This document shows positions 1 to 14,295 of a DNA stretch of 64,000 nucleotides, in pieces; the first letter of the stretch is position 1, and each line of letters begins with the position of its first letter. This DNA is from Tubulanus polymorphus (lineage: Eukaryota; Animalia; Nemertea). The notes under the pieces are model-generated. The model saw nothing but the letters and a program-made list of their open reading frames with translations, was not told the DNA's origin and ran no database searches. The position numbers and the translations under genes were made by a program. The stretch spans positions 6,696,001 to 6,760,000 of the forward strand of contig NC_134028.1 in NCBI RefSeq assembly GCF_964204645.1, read 5' to 3'.

Positions 1-191
1 TTATCTGTATTGAAAGATGGCAGCACCGGTCAAACACAGTGAAATATTAGTAACTAGCGCCACACCGCGCCACAGTGAGGAGGCACTATAGTGTTATTCC
101 CATTATTCAACACACTAGGGTGGAATTTTTTTTTTCAATTTTCAAATTATCTCCAGTACTATAGGGTATTGATTAGTCAGCACTGAAAGGG
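1..191. mobile_element. piggyBac-type MITE family A, partial (window edge)
   Basis: Ends GCACTGAAAGGG|TTAA; internal sequence matches 30650-30919. Confidence 0.8.
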
Positions 192-1067
192 TTAAGCATT
201 GTTTAGGCATCGAGTGACTGGTTTACGGGCGAACGCCCTCTCTAATTAGGCAAGGGCCAAATTTGACATTTCAACTGAACTAAACGAGTTCGTTTCGCGG
301 GGAACAAGAAACATTGTTTCGATTGCTGTATGCGAGTAGCTAAACAAGAAACATCAATACACAAAAACCAATCATTAAAGAGCGTACTCTGATCAATTAG
401 CTACTTTTCACTTGAGGAGCTGTTTGTTCAGTATGTTTCTTGTTTTCCTGTACGCAATCGCAACGCATAAACACAAAATGTGTTTCCATCATCAAGTTTT
501 TACTCGCTGTGCATACTACGCGTTGGTCTATTTTAGAAAAAAGTATTGGTGAGACGGGAACCTTTACACGGGATTATGTCTAAATTTACCACATTATCCA
601 TGTTTATCGTTGCTGTTACCATGGTAATTAGCTCGTTAGGTTACAGACAAGCCGGACTTCGTCTCGTGTGTAAGAAAAAATTGTTTTTTGAATCGATTAT
701 ATTTTCATATAAATCTTTCGAGCGTAAAAACCGAATTCGGAGACGATTTCCTGAAACCTGATACGAAGCAAAAATATGGCAATGAGCCATTTATTCGGGG
801 CGCTCTAGAAAAAGGTCCGTCGGTGTTTACAGTATCATCGTCTGCCGAACGCCCGGAACAAACTGACGATCATATTTCTTATCAGATGATAAACATTAGC
901 CGGGGATAAGGACCTTACGGTCGTAAATAATGGAGATAAACACCGATCCCTCGCGGTTCCTCCTCAATCCTCCTCGGCGACCATGAAATGAAATTATTTC
1001 GTTACCGAATAGAATTGATTTTTGTTTGAATTCATAGATTAGTTTTAAACTGAATGTGTCGTAAACG

Positions 1068-1510
1068 AAAAAAGAGTCCGTTTATTTTTGTCTGGGATCG
1101 ATTTTTTTTAAGGATATTTCGCTTAATCTTTTGAACGTATACCTCAAAGTTATCATAATACGACCAATGAAACTGTGCCGTCTGAATAAACCATTGTTTT
1201 TATATCGATTTAGCAAAGTATTGAAGAATTGCCTAAAAGTCTCTTCAACTCATTTGAATTGGGGAAAAGAAACTGATCTGAAAACGGCTGATCTTTTTTC
1301 TCGGATTCAAATGAGTTAAAACAGACTTTTTAGCAATCTTCAAAACATTAGAAAATGAATATAAAAACGATGGTTTATTCAGACTGCACAGTTTCACCGG
1401 TCGTATTAAGGCCAATTAGAGGTATGCGATCAAAAAATTAAGCGAATTATCCCCCCCCCCTCCCCAAAAAAAAAAGAATGGATCACAGTCAAAAATGAAT
1501 AGACTTTTAG
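1068..1510. repeat. Imperfect palindrome of about 440 bp (old foldback MITE)
   Basis: e.g. TGAAACTGTGCCGTCTGAATAAACCATTGTTTTTATAT versus ATATAAAAACGATGGTTTATTCAGACTGCACAGTTTCA. Confidence 0.75.
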
Positions 1511-2495
1511 TATTTAAGTAGTTGGTAGTTACCATTCCAACAATAAACCGAAGTTGGCACCACAACTGACTAAATGATACCTCCCTTAAGACCGAAGCTT
1601 GACTAGTTTCATGACCTGAGCTTTAGACGTTGTCCCTAGAATACTCGACACCTTATAACGATTTTTATCTTCTTAAGAATAAATTTAATAAAGCGGCCTG
1701 TCACTGATTTGACGTGCTGCTGCGACGGTGCCAGCGATATTATTGCGAAATGCTTTCAAATCCCTCGTTGACCGTACGTCGATCGAGATCCTGAGAGAGA
1801 AATGAGTTTTTCATCGGTTCAATCGCCGATAAACAAATGTCCAGACGTTTTTTATTACCGCTTTCAGAAACCGAGGAATGTTTTTTTTTTTTTTGAAAAA
1901 CAAGATCGGCCAACAAATAAAAAACCCCGACAACCTGGGCGAAGTTAGTCGACTATTTGCAAACTAGATGAAAACTGAATGTCGGTTAGACTATAAACCA
2001 TGGTCGGAAGAGCATTTTTGGCCTAGACCTACCGGAAAAACTTCACATGGATGCCAAATGGACCGGACCAAAAACCCGACCTGTTTGTTAAGCCCAACCA
2101 AAATGTTGGACCAGGCCCGAGCCAAAGTTTAGCATGGGTTAAATTATCGCATGTGAATTGCAACTGGTTCCGGAAGGGACTCGCCTTACTTTGTTAAAGC
2201 ATTGTTTAGTTTCGAGTGATTGGTTTACATATGAACACGCTCCCTATTTAAACACGGCCGAATTTGACTCGGGCCTGATCCGGGCCAAATCGTTGCTGTG
2301 TGATGGCGGCTATAATCCGAGAATAGTGAGCCACGGGATTGAGCACAGTGGCTGTAGTTCGGACCTAGTTCCAAGATGGCCAACACCGTGAAATGTGTTA
2401 CGACCGAACTAAAGCGCATTCAGTTATTAGTTCCGACTGGCGACTTTACTACGAAATCCTGTCCTGGTTGTAATGTTTTCGTCTTTCAATTTCAG

Positions 2496-5400
2496 CGATA
2501 TATTCGATGCTATGTTCCCGGTTCATCGTCACGGTGGTGAAGTTATCATTCAACAAGGTAAGTACGGCGTACGTCGCCCGCGTCCTTCACATTTCAATCA
2601 GATAATCAGTAATTGAGCATATTTAAGATTGGTATCCGAAGTAGTAATAAGCACGACTCGTCGGCCGCGATATTTCCATTACCGACTGATTTCAGCACTT
2701 CTTCAGAAATCGTTCGATTGATATAATCTGCTTGGTTATTATTACGAATACCTTAGTATTCATTTCCCGAGGTCAATGTACTGTAAGAATATGTCATTAT
2801 AGTTGGACTGAAGTTTCTTCATAAAATCTGCCTATGACATCGTTAGCATGGTTATACCTGCAGTGGTTGCATGCATCATCGTTTACTGGCGCCATCTGTC
2901 CGGAGTGCATGCCTATGTGTATTCAGCTCTCCTTGATCTGTTGTTCTTCCTTGGCGCATATCTCCAATCCTCTGGAGTTTCTTCGTAAGATCTCCCTATG
3001 ACATCATTAGCATGGTTATACCTCAAAGTGCCGTGGTTGCATCATCTTTTACTGACACCATCCGGAGTGCATGGGTTTAATATGAAATCAGCTTTGTCAT
3101 TCTTCATATGTCATTCTTCTTTGGTGCATACCCCCTCCCCCCCATAGATGGTAAAAATTAAACCCCGAGCCCATTCAATGATACTCTTAGAGTAGCGCTC
3201 TGCGGTCTTAAAGATTTGAAATAAGGCGTCATTAAGAATTAATGTTGTTGGGTACGTCAAGCCAGATGGCTTTTCGACAATGCCATAGGTGAATATTTAC
3301 AGAAGTAGCCATCTTATCTGGATGTGTAATGCCAATACGAATAGAACCTGAAGAACATTTCCTTCGCGATAAAGAATTTTTTATCGCCGTCAAGGCGTAA
3401 AATGAACGGAGATTTTCGAGTAAACCGTAATCAAATCAGTTCCGCTAGAACGGTATCGACGCGCGTCGTCGTGGGCCGCGTGCTGTTTATTCTATAGATC
3501 ATATATCGTCGGCTTGTCGTAAAATTACTAAAACGTTGTATAAATTCTCGACGCGAGACAAATTACCGAATTACCGTAGGGTCTGTGACCGGCGTCAACG
3601 AGCGCCGAATTTGTTTTAAGATAACATGTATTTGATTTCATTTTTAATCTAATTCAATTTCGCTAACACGCTTTGATTAATTGAAAATTCAAGTTAGCTT
3701 CGTCGGAAATGGACTAGTGTCAGGAGTCGTCTAACGGTAGTGGGAGTGTTAGTGGAGATCCTCATTGATCGCTTAGAAGAATGGAATAATGATTTTGATA
3801 CAGCGAACGTTCTACCTGAGATAATATTCGAGGCTGTCAGTTTAGGTTGTTAGGTCACCCCTTGTAGATTGTGTAGTTATCAGTCTGGATTTTTTCACTT
3901 CGCGCTTAAGCCCAACGCACACGACACAGGCATAAATGGAAACAGGAGATGGAAACATGTTTCCGAGTCATATGAAATGCATCCCAACAAAAAAAACATT
4001 GAGTCTGAAAATGTTTCCTTGATTTCGTAGTTTTCTCATTTTCGGACTTAATATCAAATTTTTTTTCGTTATTATTCGGGGATTCTCAACATATTTTATC
4101 ATCACAAAGCAGATATACTGTCCTATCAACTGTTTCCATGTTTCCGAGCGTTCACCAGTCTTATTTGCGTGTACGAGAAACAAGAAACATGGTTTTGGGA
4201 ACAACATTTCCGACGATCAAACAGGTTTTCCCCCATGTCGTGTGCGTTGGGCTTTACCGATAAACTATTCTTTTTCAAAATAGATATAATTTTTTTTCCC
4301 CGTTTATTTCACAGGCGATGAAGGAGACAATTTCTACGTTATTGACATCGGAGAAGTCGATGTAAGTACGACGACAACAACGATGAAATCATGTTTCAAA
4401 TATTTCGAAGTATACGAAAAAAATTCCATAATAATTAAATCACGTAGCGTGACTGTCATATGCCATTCACCATTCTAAGCTCACCTGTGATTGAGCGCTC
4501 ACGTTTTGCGAAAACTAATTAGCGTTTCACTCATCACCCGTCAGAAAATAATACTTTAACGGCCAATCTTAATTAACCGGCTGCTAAAAGTTTTCACGTA
4601 GGCATCGGCCTACGTGTATATAGCCTTGGGTAACTTCGATAGGACGGTCCTCATCTAGGAAAAAGCTTTTAGTTAGATTTTAAGTGAAATGTCTAAAGTG
4701 TTACTTACGCAGGATGGCCACTTACCTGGAAAACTGGAAAAAAATCTAGATATGATTAGGGAAAACTATGGGAAATTTTACCAAAAACCTGGAAGACTAG
4801 GGGAATTCAGATAATGCTATTGACCACGTTTTTCTTTATCAGTATGTGATTCGATGCAAAATTGTAACATTTTAAACCTAGGAATTTCACTGATTTACTC
4901 GAGGAATTTCAATGTACCGGTAATAAAAAACGAGGGAAAACTCGAGGGATTTGTAAAGGGGCGTCAAGTGGCGACCATTAACATGGGTTCTCAAGTTATA
5001 CCGGGTACTGATAATTCAAGTTGGTCACTTGTAACGACTAAGCTGATATAAGAGTATGCATTTGTATTACCGGTTTATGACGACGTTTTCAGGTTTACGT
5101 CAACGGCGAATGTGTGACCACGATTCAAGATGGTGGAAGTTTCGGTGAACTGGCTCTTATATACGGTACACCCAGAGCAGCGACTGTTAAGGTTTGTTTC
5201 GCGTTATCCCCTGCGAATTTTTAGCGACATTCGTTATGAAATAACATCTAGAATAGGAATAGTAATTCCGGGTTGGTTCAATTTTTCAGGCGAGAACCGA
5301 CGTGAAACTCTGGGGTATAGACCGCGACAGTTATAGGCGAATTCTTATGGTAAGTAGAATTTCTGTTCCTGTCAAAAATTAATACATCGAGCCCTGTAAC

Positions 5401-7114
5401 TGTATGACAGGGCTGCGACGTGTGTTGTTAATAATATGAATAATAGTTATGATGATGATATATTTTATACAGCGCGATTATAAAATCTTATCCACCGCAC
5501 CTTACATTCTAAAGCTACATTATAAAAAGTACAAGTTGAAAATCAATCACCATAGGTGTTTATAGATTGAAAAGTTTTCAATCTGGATGTGAAGGCTGAG
5601 ACAGATGGAGACTCTCTTATGCTACAAGTTAGTTCATTCCAAAGAGTAGAAGCTCAATAGCAAAATCGCCTCCCTCCAATAACCTTTTTTTGGCATAGGT
5701 TATGTTACATGTCATACTTAGAAATGAAAATAATTGCAGGCTCGTAGTTCATAGAAATCTTTCATCGACCATTTTCAGGGAAGCACAATTCGAAAGAGGA
5801 AGATGTACGAAGAGTTCTTGACGAAGGTTTCGATTCTAGAGAATTTGGACAAGTGGGAGCGATTGACGGTAGCAGACGCGCTCGAACCGGTTCAGTTCGA
5901 GGATAACGAGCAGATCGTTCGACAAGGCGAACCGGGCGAGGATTTCTTCATTATTACCGAGGTACGTTACTTCGAACAGCATGCCTTGACCTAGTTGTAT
6001 CTGTTAGTATTTGAAATCTGGACGCGGCTTCACAGTCTCGAATGACAGTTAACTCCACTGTCGTATATATCAACTAGAATTGCTCGAAAGTTGGTCCTAG
6101 AATTGCTCAAAAGTTGGTTCAAGATAACCGGCAGATAGATACCGTCCATGGTAAAATAACCTTTTAATTGTCACTATGTCAACTATCCACAGGTTTACCA
6201 ACTTTTGAGCAATTGTCCCCTGGAATTCAAATATTGGAAATCAGCAGCTCGTTTTATCAAATGTAACCTTGTACTAATGATGGAATAGTGTACTGATGCC
6301 TGGTTTCCATCTTTCTCAATGTTGAGAAACAGTTATGAAGCGCGGTAAACGTTGATGATTTCGATCTGATGACTAAAATCGTATGTTGTCTGCTTGTTTT
6401 CAGGGTTCAGCAGCTGTTCTACAAAGGAGAACTGATAACGAAGACCAAGTTGAAGTCGGTAAACTTGGGCCGTCTGATTATTTCGGTAAGCTTTTCCGAG
6501 TACAGCCAGGAAACTTTTCATCTAGCGGGTATTCTTATCATGAAATTTGAGTAGTTATCTGATTGAAGAGTATGATTTACATGTAGTAACCATTTGAATA
6601 AATGACGAATTTTTGTGAAGTTAAGTTATAATCACCAACCTAATGGAACCAAAACCAGCACCCAGTTGCCTGGTTGTAATTGATTTTCAATAATGGTCTT
6701 ACATCCTGAGATCAGCGCTCTCAAAAACGAAACAACAGTAAACCTCGCCTAACTCAGACAAACTGGACAGTAAGCGAAGCAGCCGATTTAAGGATAGGAA
6801 AATTCGTTTGGAAGTCAGAACAGTGATTTTGTTTTTGTCCAAGTCTGAGTTGGGCGAAGTTTACTGCATGATCCAATTGATTGTTATTGAGATCGAGTAA
6901 AAAAGGAAATTAAATTTATCTATTTTTTTCATTATTTTCAGGTGAAATAGCGCTGTTATTGGATCGACCGCGCGCGGCGACCGTCATCGCTCGAGGACCG
7001 TTAAAATGTGTGAAACTCGATCGGCAACGCTTCGAACGAGTCCTCGGCCCGTGCTCGGAATACCTCAAACGCAATATCTCACAGTATAACAGTTTCGTTT
7101 CGTTGTCGGTGTGA
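2496..7114 (+). CDS. PRKAR1: cAMP-dependent protein kinase type I regulatory subunit, 3' part (upstream exons not found, probably before the window). Exons 2496-2557, 4315-4361, 5093-5191, 5290-5349, 5779-5961, 6404-6485, 6942-7114
   Basis: GT-AG exons join in frame: [96 protein letters not shown]. Two cNMP-binding domains with RI-type sequence; TGA at 7112-7114. Confidence 0.96.
2810..3125. repeat. Tandem duplication, unit about 165 bp
   Basis: CCTATGACATC.TTAGCATGGTTATACCT..TCCGGAGTGCATG occurs twice. Confidence 0.7.
3909..4253. mobile_element. PIF/Harbinger-type MITE, apparently containing a PLE remnant
   Basis: TTA|AGCCCAACGCACACGACA ... TGTCGTGTGCGTTGGGCT|TTA; relatives at about 13210-13357 and 61381-61595. 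Confidence 0.8.
6736..6866. mobile_element. Short Tc1/pogo-type MITE
   Basis: CAGTAAACCTCGCCTAACTCAGAC ... GTCTGAGTTGGGCGAAGTTTACTG. Confidence 0.65.
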
Positions 7115-8216
7115 GGCGAAACGCCGTACGACGGTAGAACACGCGCGCGCATGAGCATCGCTTTACGAATGAACGAACGAACTGTTGTTGTTGCATCTTG
7201 AAATTATTACTACTACTAATTGAGAACGAAAATAAGTCGAACGCTCACATATTAAAAAAACTGTCGAGTCTGTTTTCAAACGCAGACTGGTTCAGGTCAG
7301 CGGGAGGGTGTTTTCATATCCTGGGCTAATTTTGAAATAATCGTTACCCGTGTTTCACTGCAGAGGGCGCTTTTTTTTGTTCGTTCCTTCGTCTAAAATG
7401 AAATACAAAATATCAATACGACGATGAAATAAGCGGGGATTTTCGCCATCTCCCCGGCGCTGCCAAGATTATAAGCATCCTCCCCGCCTTTGCGGATGAC
7501 ATGTACAGCTTGATTTCGGTGGTGTCCATATTAAATGTACATGTGCTTCCAATGATTCAGACTTTTCTTACCAGGTGGCGACTCTTGTCGATGACATTAT
7601 TTCTTGTTGGTTGATAATAATGAAGAATGAAAATAACCTTTCGATGTCCTTTTGCTAGAGGTTTGGTTACGAGTACGTGAAATTTATCGATCGTTCGAAA
7701 TATGAAGTTGAATGAACCTGTTTTAAGAATTTACTGAATGCGTTTTTCCGTGAAAATGTAATGAAATTCAAAAGAGAATATTTGAAAAGAGATAATGAAA
7801 AATAAATCAACGGCATACAGTGATTGATTGCGGGATATTCGCGATGATTATTTTCGGGGGGGGGGGGTTGGGGAACAGTGTTTGTAAATAAGTATTCTGC
7901 GATGGATATGTGTCAAATACGGGACAAAAGGTGTCGTTGAATTGATGCGAAAACCAAAAACGATGATAAACTTATTTTCGAAAAGAAGAAAAAAAAAGAA
8001 GTCAAATAGTTATGGGTAGTACAAAAATACTTGTACAGTATTGAATATAATGTTAATGTTTAATGAAATGGAATAGTGTTTGTTGCCCGGGCGTGTTGTG
8101 TGAATTTTTATAACAAAAGTAACTTGCATTTGTCTTTACCATTTGATTTTAGCACCTGAGTTTTTAATCGCGAGATTTGTAATTAGATTTATTGATTAAC
8201 ACGATAAGCTTGTTAA

Positions 8217-8486
8217 CCCTTTCAGTGCTGACTAATTAATACCCAAAAGTGCTGGAGATGATTTGAAAAGGTTAAAAAATTCCACCAGTGCGTTGAATAA
8301 TGCGAATACCGCTATAGTGCATCTACACTGTGGTGCGGTGTATCATTACTTACTGTGTCACTATGTTTGAAGGTGCTGCCATCTTTCAAAACAGATAAGA
8401 ATTAATTACTAAAACCATGGAAACACCGTGATGCGATGTATTAGCAGTCTATTACTGATTACCGCGGTGTAGTGGCACTGAAAGGG
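8217..8486. mobile_element. piggyBac-type MITE family A (opposite orientation), downstream of the PKA-R stop
   Basis: TTAA|CCCTTTCAGTGC ... GCACTGAAAGGG|TTAA. Confidence 0.88.
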
Positions 8487-11185
8487 TTAATAGGTAAAAA
8501 ATTTTAAAGAGCTGTCAATAGATGCAATATATCTATGTATGTTGAATATTCAATATGCCTTGGCTATATGAACGTGCGGCAGAGTTTATTACGTTTTAAA
8601 AGAACTTGTCTTTTTTGATCAAATAGAGAAATCTCGTAGATCGCTTTATTATTTCCATCTTTCGTGTCATTCATTCATTAATAGAGAATTTTCAAGCAAG
8701 ATTCACGCTGCTTTTAAAAGATATTTTAGCAGGAGTATAGGGTAGATTTCCCTATTTTCATTGTCAATCTAGAAAATCCTTGGAACTAGAAGCATACTGT
8801 AGAATTATGGATTTTACTCGCTGTTTGTATGTTTTTTGACGAGACACAATTTTCAAATGAACTTTTTCGGTTTTTTTTTTTGCGGGATTTTTGCTGTATA
8901 AAACTAAGGCATGAAAATCATAAATCCTCTTTTTTGGAGGTTTATAAAGCGAGTGCTTTTATTGTTTGAATATTTTCTGGTAGGAAGTGTCTGTTTACAA
9001 CGGTTTTGATAAATCGAAAAAAAAAAAAATTATTTCTGAAGGCGAGAATCTTTCATAAGCATGATGTATGAAATTATTACTTAGACTTATATAAGGGACT
9101 GTTAATAGATCAAGAAATAGATCAAGGCACGTGCTTAGATTGTATACGAATAAGAAAGGCAATCACACTTTGTGAGACTTTTCATTCACGCCAGAGAACG
9201 GTGTGAGAAATTTTATGCGTGAGAAGTCTTATGAAAAATGTTATTTTAATGAACCTTGCAACTTTCTCGATATCTCGGTGAAAACGAGAACGTTTGCCTG
9301 AAAAAAAATGCTATTATTTGTTGTTCGATGAAATCTATAGTTTTGTTGACAAATGGTCAGGAGGAATATGTACCCGGTATATAGTCCTGAGGTGTGCTGG
9401 CATTGCAGTAGTTATTTATCCCAAAAATTATGGTTTTTTCGAAGCAGTGTTATCTCGAAGCAGTCTACTGTATCCCAGTGAGAAAAATTCGAAATTACCT
9501 CTGAGAAGCTCATGGGAATCATTTTGACTTGAAATCTCGATCGCGTGCTGTAATTGGAATCGAAAAATTAACATTTTCCTTCGAAATAGGTTAACACTGC
9601 TTCGAAAATACTTTCCCTTTAAATCGTAGATTCTGAAGTTTCAGACTTACTAATGATATATATATACACATAAAAATATATATATGATATCATATTTGTT
9701 CAGTATAAGCTCTAATTCGTAATAAATGTTTTGAACAGTAATTAAAGATTCTTCTTTTTCGTTTAAATCTGTTTTTAGAGGACTCTGTTTTATCTTTTCT
9801 CGCCGGTTTGGAACTTCTTTCATTGAATTTATTCAAGTAATTTTACAACAACTGAACCCATGAAATCCGACTGAATTGTCATTTATGGTACAGAGGTGCC
9901 GTTTCAACTCTCAGGAACACCATTCTGTTCCTTGGCCAGGATCTACTTGCCAGTCTTACAACTTTACGACCACTTTTGGACTTAAGTCTCGACTATGAAC
10001 CCAGACCCTGAGGCCAGTTGCTCAAAAAACACCCATTACTTTAGAGGCTTTTTAAATTTCATTGTACCATAACAAAAATACATTATTATTTCAACCATGG
10101 TCTTGTCCATTTCCAGCAAACCAACTTGAGCAACTTACTGGCACTGCCCCCTGATTGTCTCCTCATGCTGGAAACAAATAATTTGATTGCAGTCATACAA
10201 TTGATAGGTAAGTGAATGTTTGAATATGCAGCAAAACAAATTCGAAGTAAATTCTATGAATTTGGACTGTGCCAGTCGGTTTCAGTTGGTAATTAGTTCG
10301 TCTCTCATGTGTACTTGATTAGTCGAGATCGGCTTTATAACTTTAACAATCCAGAGTTATCGGAAGAATAAGTATGGAAAATGAATTAGAACTCGTGAAA
10401 AATGTACTGGAATATAACATTTACCAACTAGAAATCTATACCAACTAGAAAGTGTCTGATTTGAGCGTTGAACGGTCTAATTTGTTAGACTTGATGTCGA
10501 TTATAGTCTGTGTTTAAATCGTTTGCTTGCGTAACCAGTATGATTCTGTTAAGGAAAGATGTATTTCGCAGTGATTCCCGAGACAATTTCTTAGAATGAA
10601 ATTTCCTGATGGGGCATGCTATTCATTCAACCACTTGTCCAGTTAGTTGCTGTTGCTGTGTTTGTGGACAGAGCAAACAAAACTCGTCGCTACTGATCTG
10701 TTAGTTGACCTTTTGTAGGGCAAGTCCTGTTCCAGTCAAATTCTCTGCTTAATCACAATGACATCACGCCAAACTCACGCCCTTTTTTGTATCCCTTTAC
10801 TTCCCATCAGAAAACCTATCTTAATCCAGTATTTTAACCCAAGACTCTGCCCTCGTGGCTGTGCTCTATCCAAGATCTAGTCAGAATTTATGAATTGGCC
10901 TAAGACAATCTTACAAGTTGCCTTCTATTTCGGGAACAATGGCTAGTTACTAAAAAAATAAACTTTCCCATGAAACACTTATCATTAGTGTGGCATGAGG
11001 ATCCTTTGCCATCAGCTATCCTGCTAGATGGCGTGCATTTTGGTGCGACAATTCGGTCGCTAATTCAGTTCATTTTCAATGCAATTTCATCTGGATTTTT
11101 AGGGTTTGACCTGTATTTCTGCGTTTTACATTGTTAGGTTATGACATAGTGTTGATACGAAAAAGTTAATTCCTGGAGGTTGAAA

Positions 11186-13901
11186 ATGGTGGGATATGAC
11201 CCGACAAGTGATGTGCACCTGTCTGAATCGGAACAAGCTGCAGCTGGTGCTATCAGTGGTGTCATCACTAGAGCCATTGCACAACCATTAGACGTTGTCA
11301 AAGTCCGATTTCAGGTTTGTATTAAAAGACTGCCAATCATGCCCACAGTTGTGAATTAGATTTGAATGGCATTAATATCAAGACATGGAATAAATTCAAT
11401 TCAAAAAATCTTTATTGTGCCGTAACGTTTTATATACATTATTGGACTATACAATAAAGACAAGAAAACAACATTATCAAAATAGAATATAAAATGTATC
11501 ATACAAAAACAGTTAATATTATATACATTGTAAGGTGTTCTGGAATAAATGAAATCTCTAGGACGGGCACAAAAAATTTATTTGAATTTTTAATGAAAAT
11601 TATGGAAACTCAATAGAAAAGTCCATATTTCATTAGAGACCACAAACTTAAACCGCCAAAAAGATACCCTTGACATCGTGGTCATGCAATCTACGATACG
11701 TACCTACAATTTGTTCGTTGTATTTCTAGCTTCAAATAGAACCGATAAAAAAAGGTGGAGGGTCAACGTACCATGGAGTTACGCAGGCATTCATTAAGAT
11801 TTTACGCGAAGAAAAGATGCAGGCGTTATGGAAAGGACATGTTCCCGCGCAGATGCTTTCAATTTCATTCGGACTAGTCACGGTAAATATCGCTGCAGTT
11901 GAAAGTCCCTCTGCTGCCGTACTGGGGCCAGCTTTATTTTGTAATGCAGGCAGTTAACCTTGTCGGAGTAAGAGTTTACTTCGTAGAACCAGTTAAAAGT
12001 CCTCTTATCATAATATTCCATAGTTCGGAGGTAGTTTTGACTCTTGAGTTATGAAAAAGTTCGTTTTCGATTTTTCAGTTTTCGTCGTTCGAAATCCTGA
12101 CAAAAGATATCGGCAAATTATTCCCGATCGTACTCACCGATCGGTATCAACCGGCTTATCACTTTACGTGCGGTGGATTGGCCGGTTGTATCGCCACCGT
12201 CGTGTCGCAACCGATGGACGTAGTCAGAACGCGGCTAGTTGCTCAAGGTGAACCAAAGGTAAATCGCAATTGCAGTTCGGCATTTCGGGGTGGCCACTTA
12301 TTAGCTGGAAATCAAGGAGGAGTCGGGAAATTTGTTATTCTTTAAAGAAGTCAGGGAACTATGTAAAAAAAGCTATAAGTCGGGGAAATTTGTTGAGATA
12401 GCTAGATGGCGCATAAAATCAGACAGTTTCCTTCTATGTCTTACGTAGTTGACTGTGTTAATTGATTGGATTCTTAGGAAAACAACGTTCATGTCAGGAA
12501 ATAGTCAGGGGTTAAAGCAAATCAAATACCAGTGGCCACCCCTGCATTTTGCTGTCATCTAGTTTGAAATATTTTGTATTAGGATGATGACTATGTTTGA
12601 TAAGTTCGCTGGATAAATTGCCGCAAGAATTATTATCTACTCCAACGATGACAATGAATTTATCATTTGAAATTCGATATTTTCAGATTTACCCGACGAT
12701 CTATTCGGCAGTCAAAACGATGTATAAACAGGAAGGGGCCCGGTGCTTCTTCCGCGGTTTATCGCCAACTTTACTACAAATCGTTCCGCAATCCGGTTTG
12801 ATGTTCGGCTTTTATTCGTTTTTCGTGAATATCTGGGAGAAATACATCAAAACTGAACATCACCACACTCATCACCCGAGTAAGTTTGAATCAAAGAATC
12901 GTTATTAGATTTCCGGGTACAGGTTTTGCCGGATCAGTTTCTGGTGATGGTATTTGTTCGGTGCCTGGTTTTGGGTTGAAAGTTTCATTATCTGTTTATA
13001 TTTTTAACTACTTTAAGAAAATTCCAGAGAAAATTTTAATTGGAATAGATCGAAAAACAATTTTTAGAATAACATCGATTATTAAAGAATCCCCTTTTAT
13101 CACGACGATGAAAAATTCTGCTGAAAATAATGTACCATGGTTAATGAAAAGATGTAAATTGTGATGATAATCCCTGGGTAAGGGGCTGTTCATAACATAC
13201 ATACCGCTAAAGTCCGGACGAAGGGAAATGCGAAAACAAACATCTCAAAAACATCCCCTGAGACCATGTTTCTCGAAAACGACACACAGGAAAACGCCTT
13301 CGGAACCGTTGTGTCCGTCCCCTGTTTCCATGTTTCCCTGCATCAAAGTTCGGCTAAAGCAAACTTATGCTGATACATCAGAGAATCCTACATTGATATA
13401 ACGAGAAAGATGAAGTCCGAAAAGTTTCCTGAAAGCTTTATCAGTGTCTCAACGCAGACATAGTGTTTCATCAATGGTTTAAATTTTACTGATATTTGCA
13501 ATCCTCCTTCCCGTGTATGTACGTGTGTACATAATGAACGTCGGTTGTTTTGTGTTGTAGCCGGTATCGAGAGTATGGTATGCGGATCGCTGTCGGGTGT
13601 GTTTTCCAAATCGATCGTCTACCCGTTGGATCTCATGAAGAAGCGTCTGCAAGTTGTCGGCTTCGACGAAGCGCGCAAGAAATTCGGCCAGGTACGAAAC
13701 TACAAGAGCCTGCGCGACTGCACGATGACGATATTCCGCGAGGAGGGAATCAAGGGCCTGTTCAAGGGCATCGTGCCGAGTGTGATGAAAGCGGCGCTGT
13801 CGGTTGGGATCACGTTTTGCTCGTACGAACAAGTCTGCGAATTCATGGAAACTCACTGGCACGATAACAAATCAACGTCGTTAACGAAAAATAAGTCTTA
13901 A
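11186..13901 (+). CDS. SLC25A19: Mitochondrial thiamine pyrophosphate carrier. Exons 11186-11314, 11730-11882, 12079-12258, 12687-12879, 13561-13901
   Basis: N-terminus MVGYDP; three carrier signature motifs (QPLDVVKVRFQ, QPMDVVRTRL, YPLDLMKKRLQ); WKGHVPAQ and VAQGEPKIY segments typical of the family; exon phases consistent. Confidence 0.93.
12286..12544. mobile_element. hAT-like MITE with 5-bp TSD
   Basis: CATTT|CGGGGTGGCCACT ... AGTGGCCACCCCTG|CATTT. Confidence 0.72.
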
Positions 13902-14180
13902 CGTTAAATTGATATTAGGTTTATTATAATGCAAAAAGGGTCTTCGAGATTTTAGTGGCCTTTCGATAAGTGCGACAGTATTTATTATTAACCTCAGGTG
14001 TCTTCGAAACGAATATATCCTGCAATAGATTACCGTATATATATAGCACATATCTTATTTGCATTTTTGCTGCTTTATAGAACGTACTCACTGAATTCAT
14101 GACTGCAATTAACTGATATCAATCTCAGTGTAGAGTTAACAAATAAAAACCCATGGTTAGATCTGTAAAAACAGTTTATT

Positions 14181-14226
14181 TTCCTTACAGTTTCGAGGCT
14201 TTAACTAAACCTCATCATCAGAGGAA
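14181..14226 (-). ncRNA. Minimal hammerhead ribozyme (opposite polarity)
   Basis: Reverse complement reads TTCCT-CTGATGA-T-GAGGTTT-AGTTA-AAGCCTC-GAAAC-T-GTA-AGGAA; the stem II change gives a U-G wobble. Confidence 0.78.
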
Positions 14227-14249
14227 CAAAAAGCAAACAAAATTTTTTG

Positions 14250-14295
14250 TTCCTCTGATGATGAGGCTTAGCTAAAGCCTCGAAACTGTAAGGAA
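14250..14295 (+). ncRNA. Minimal hammerhead ribozyme
   Basis: TTCCT-CTGATGA-T-GAGGCTT-AGCTA-AAGCCTC-GAAAC-T-GTA-AGGAA: perfect stems I and II, predicted cleavage after GUA (14290). Confidence 0.82.

Noticed and set aside
13479-13867. Overlapping 127-aa (-) and 105-aa (+) ORFs
   Set aside because: Alternative frames of the last SLC25A19 exon.
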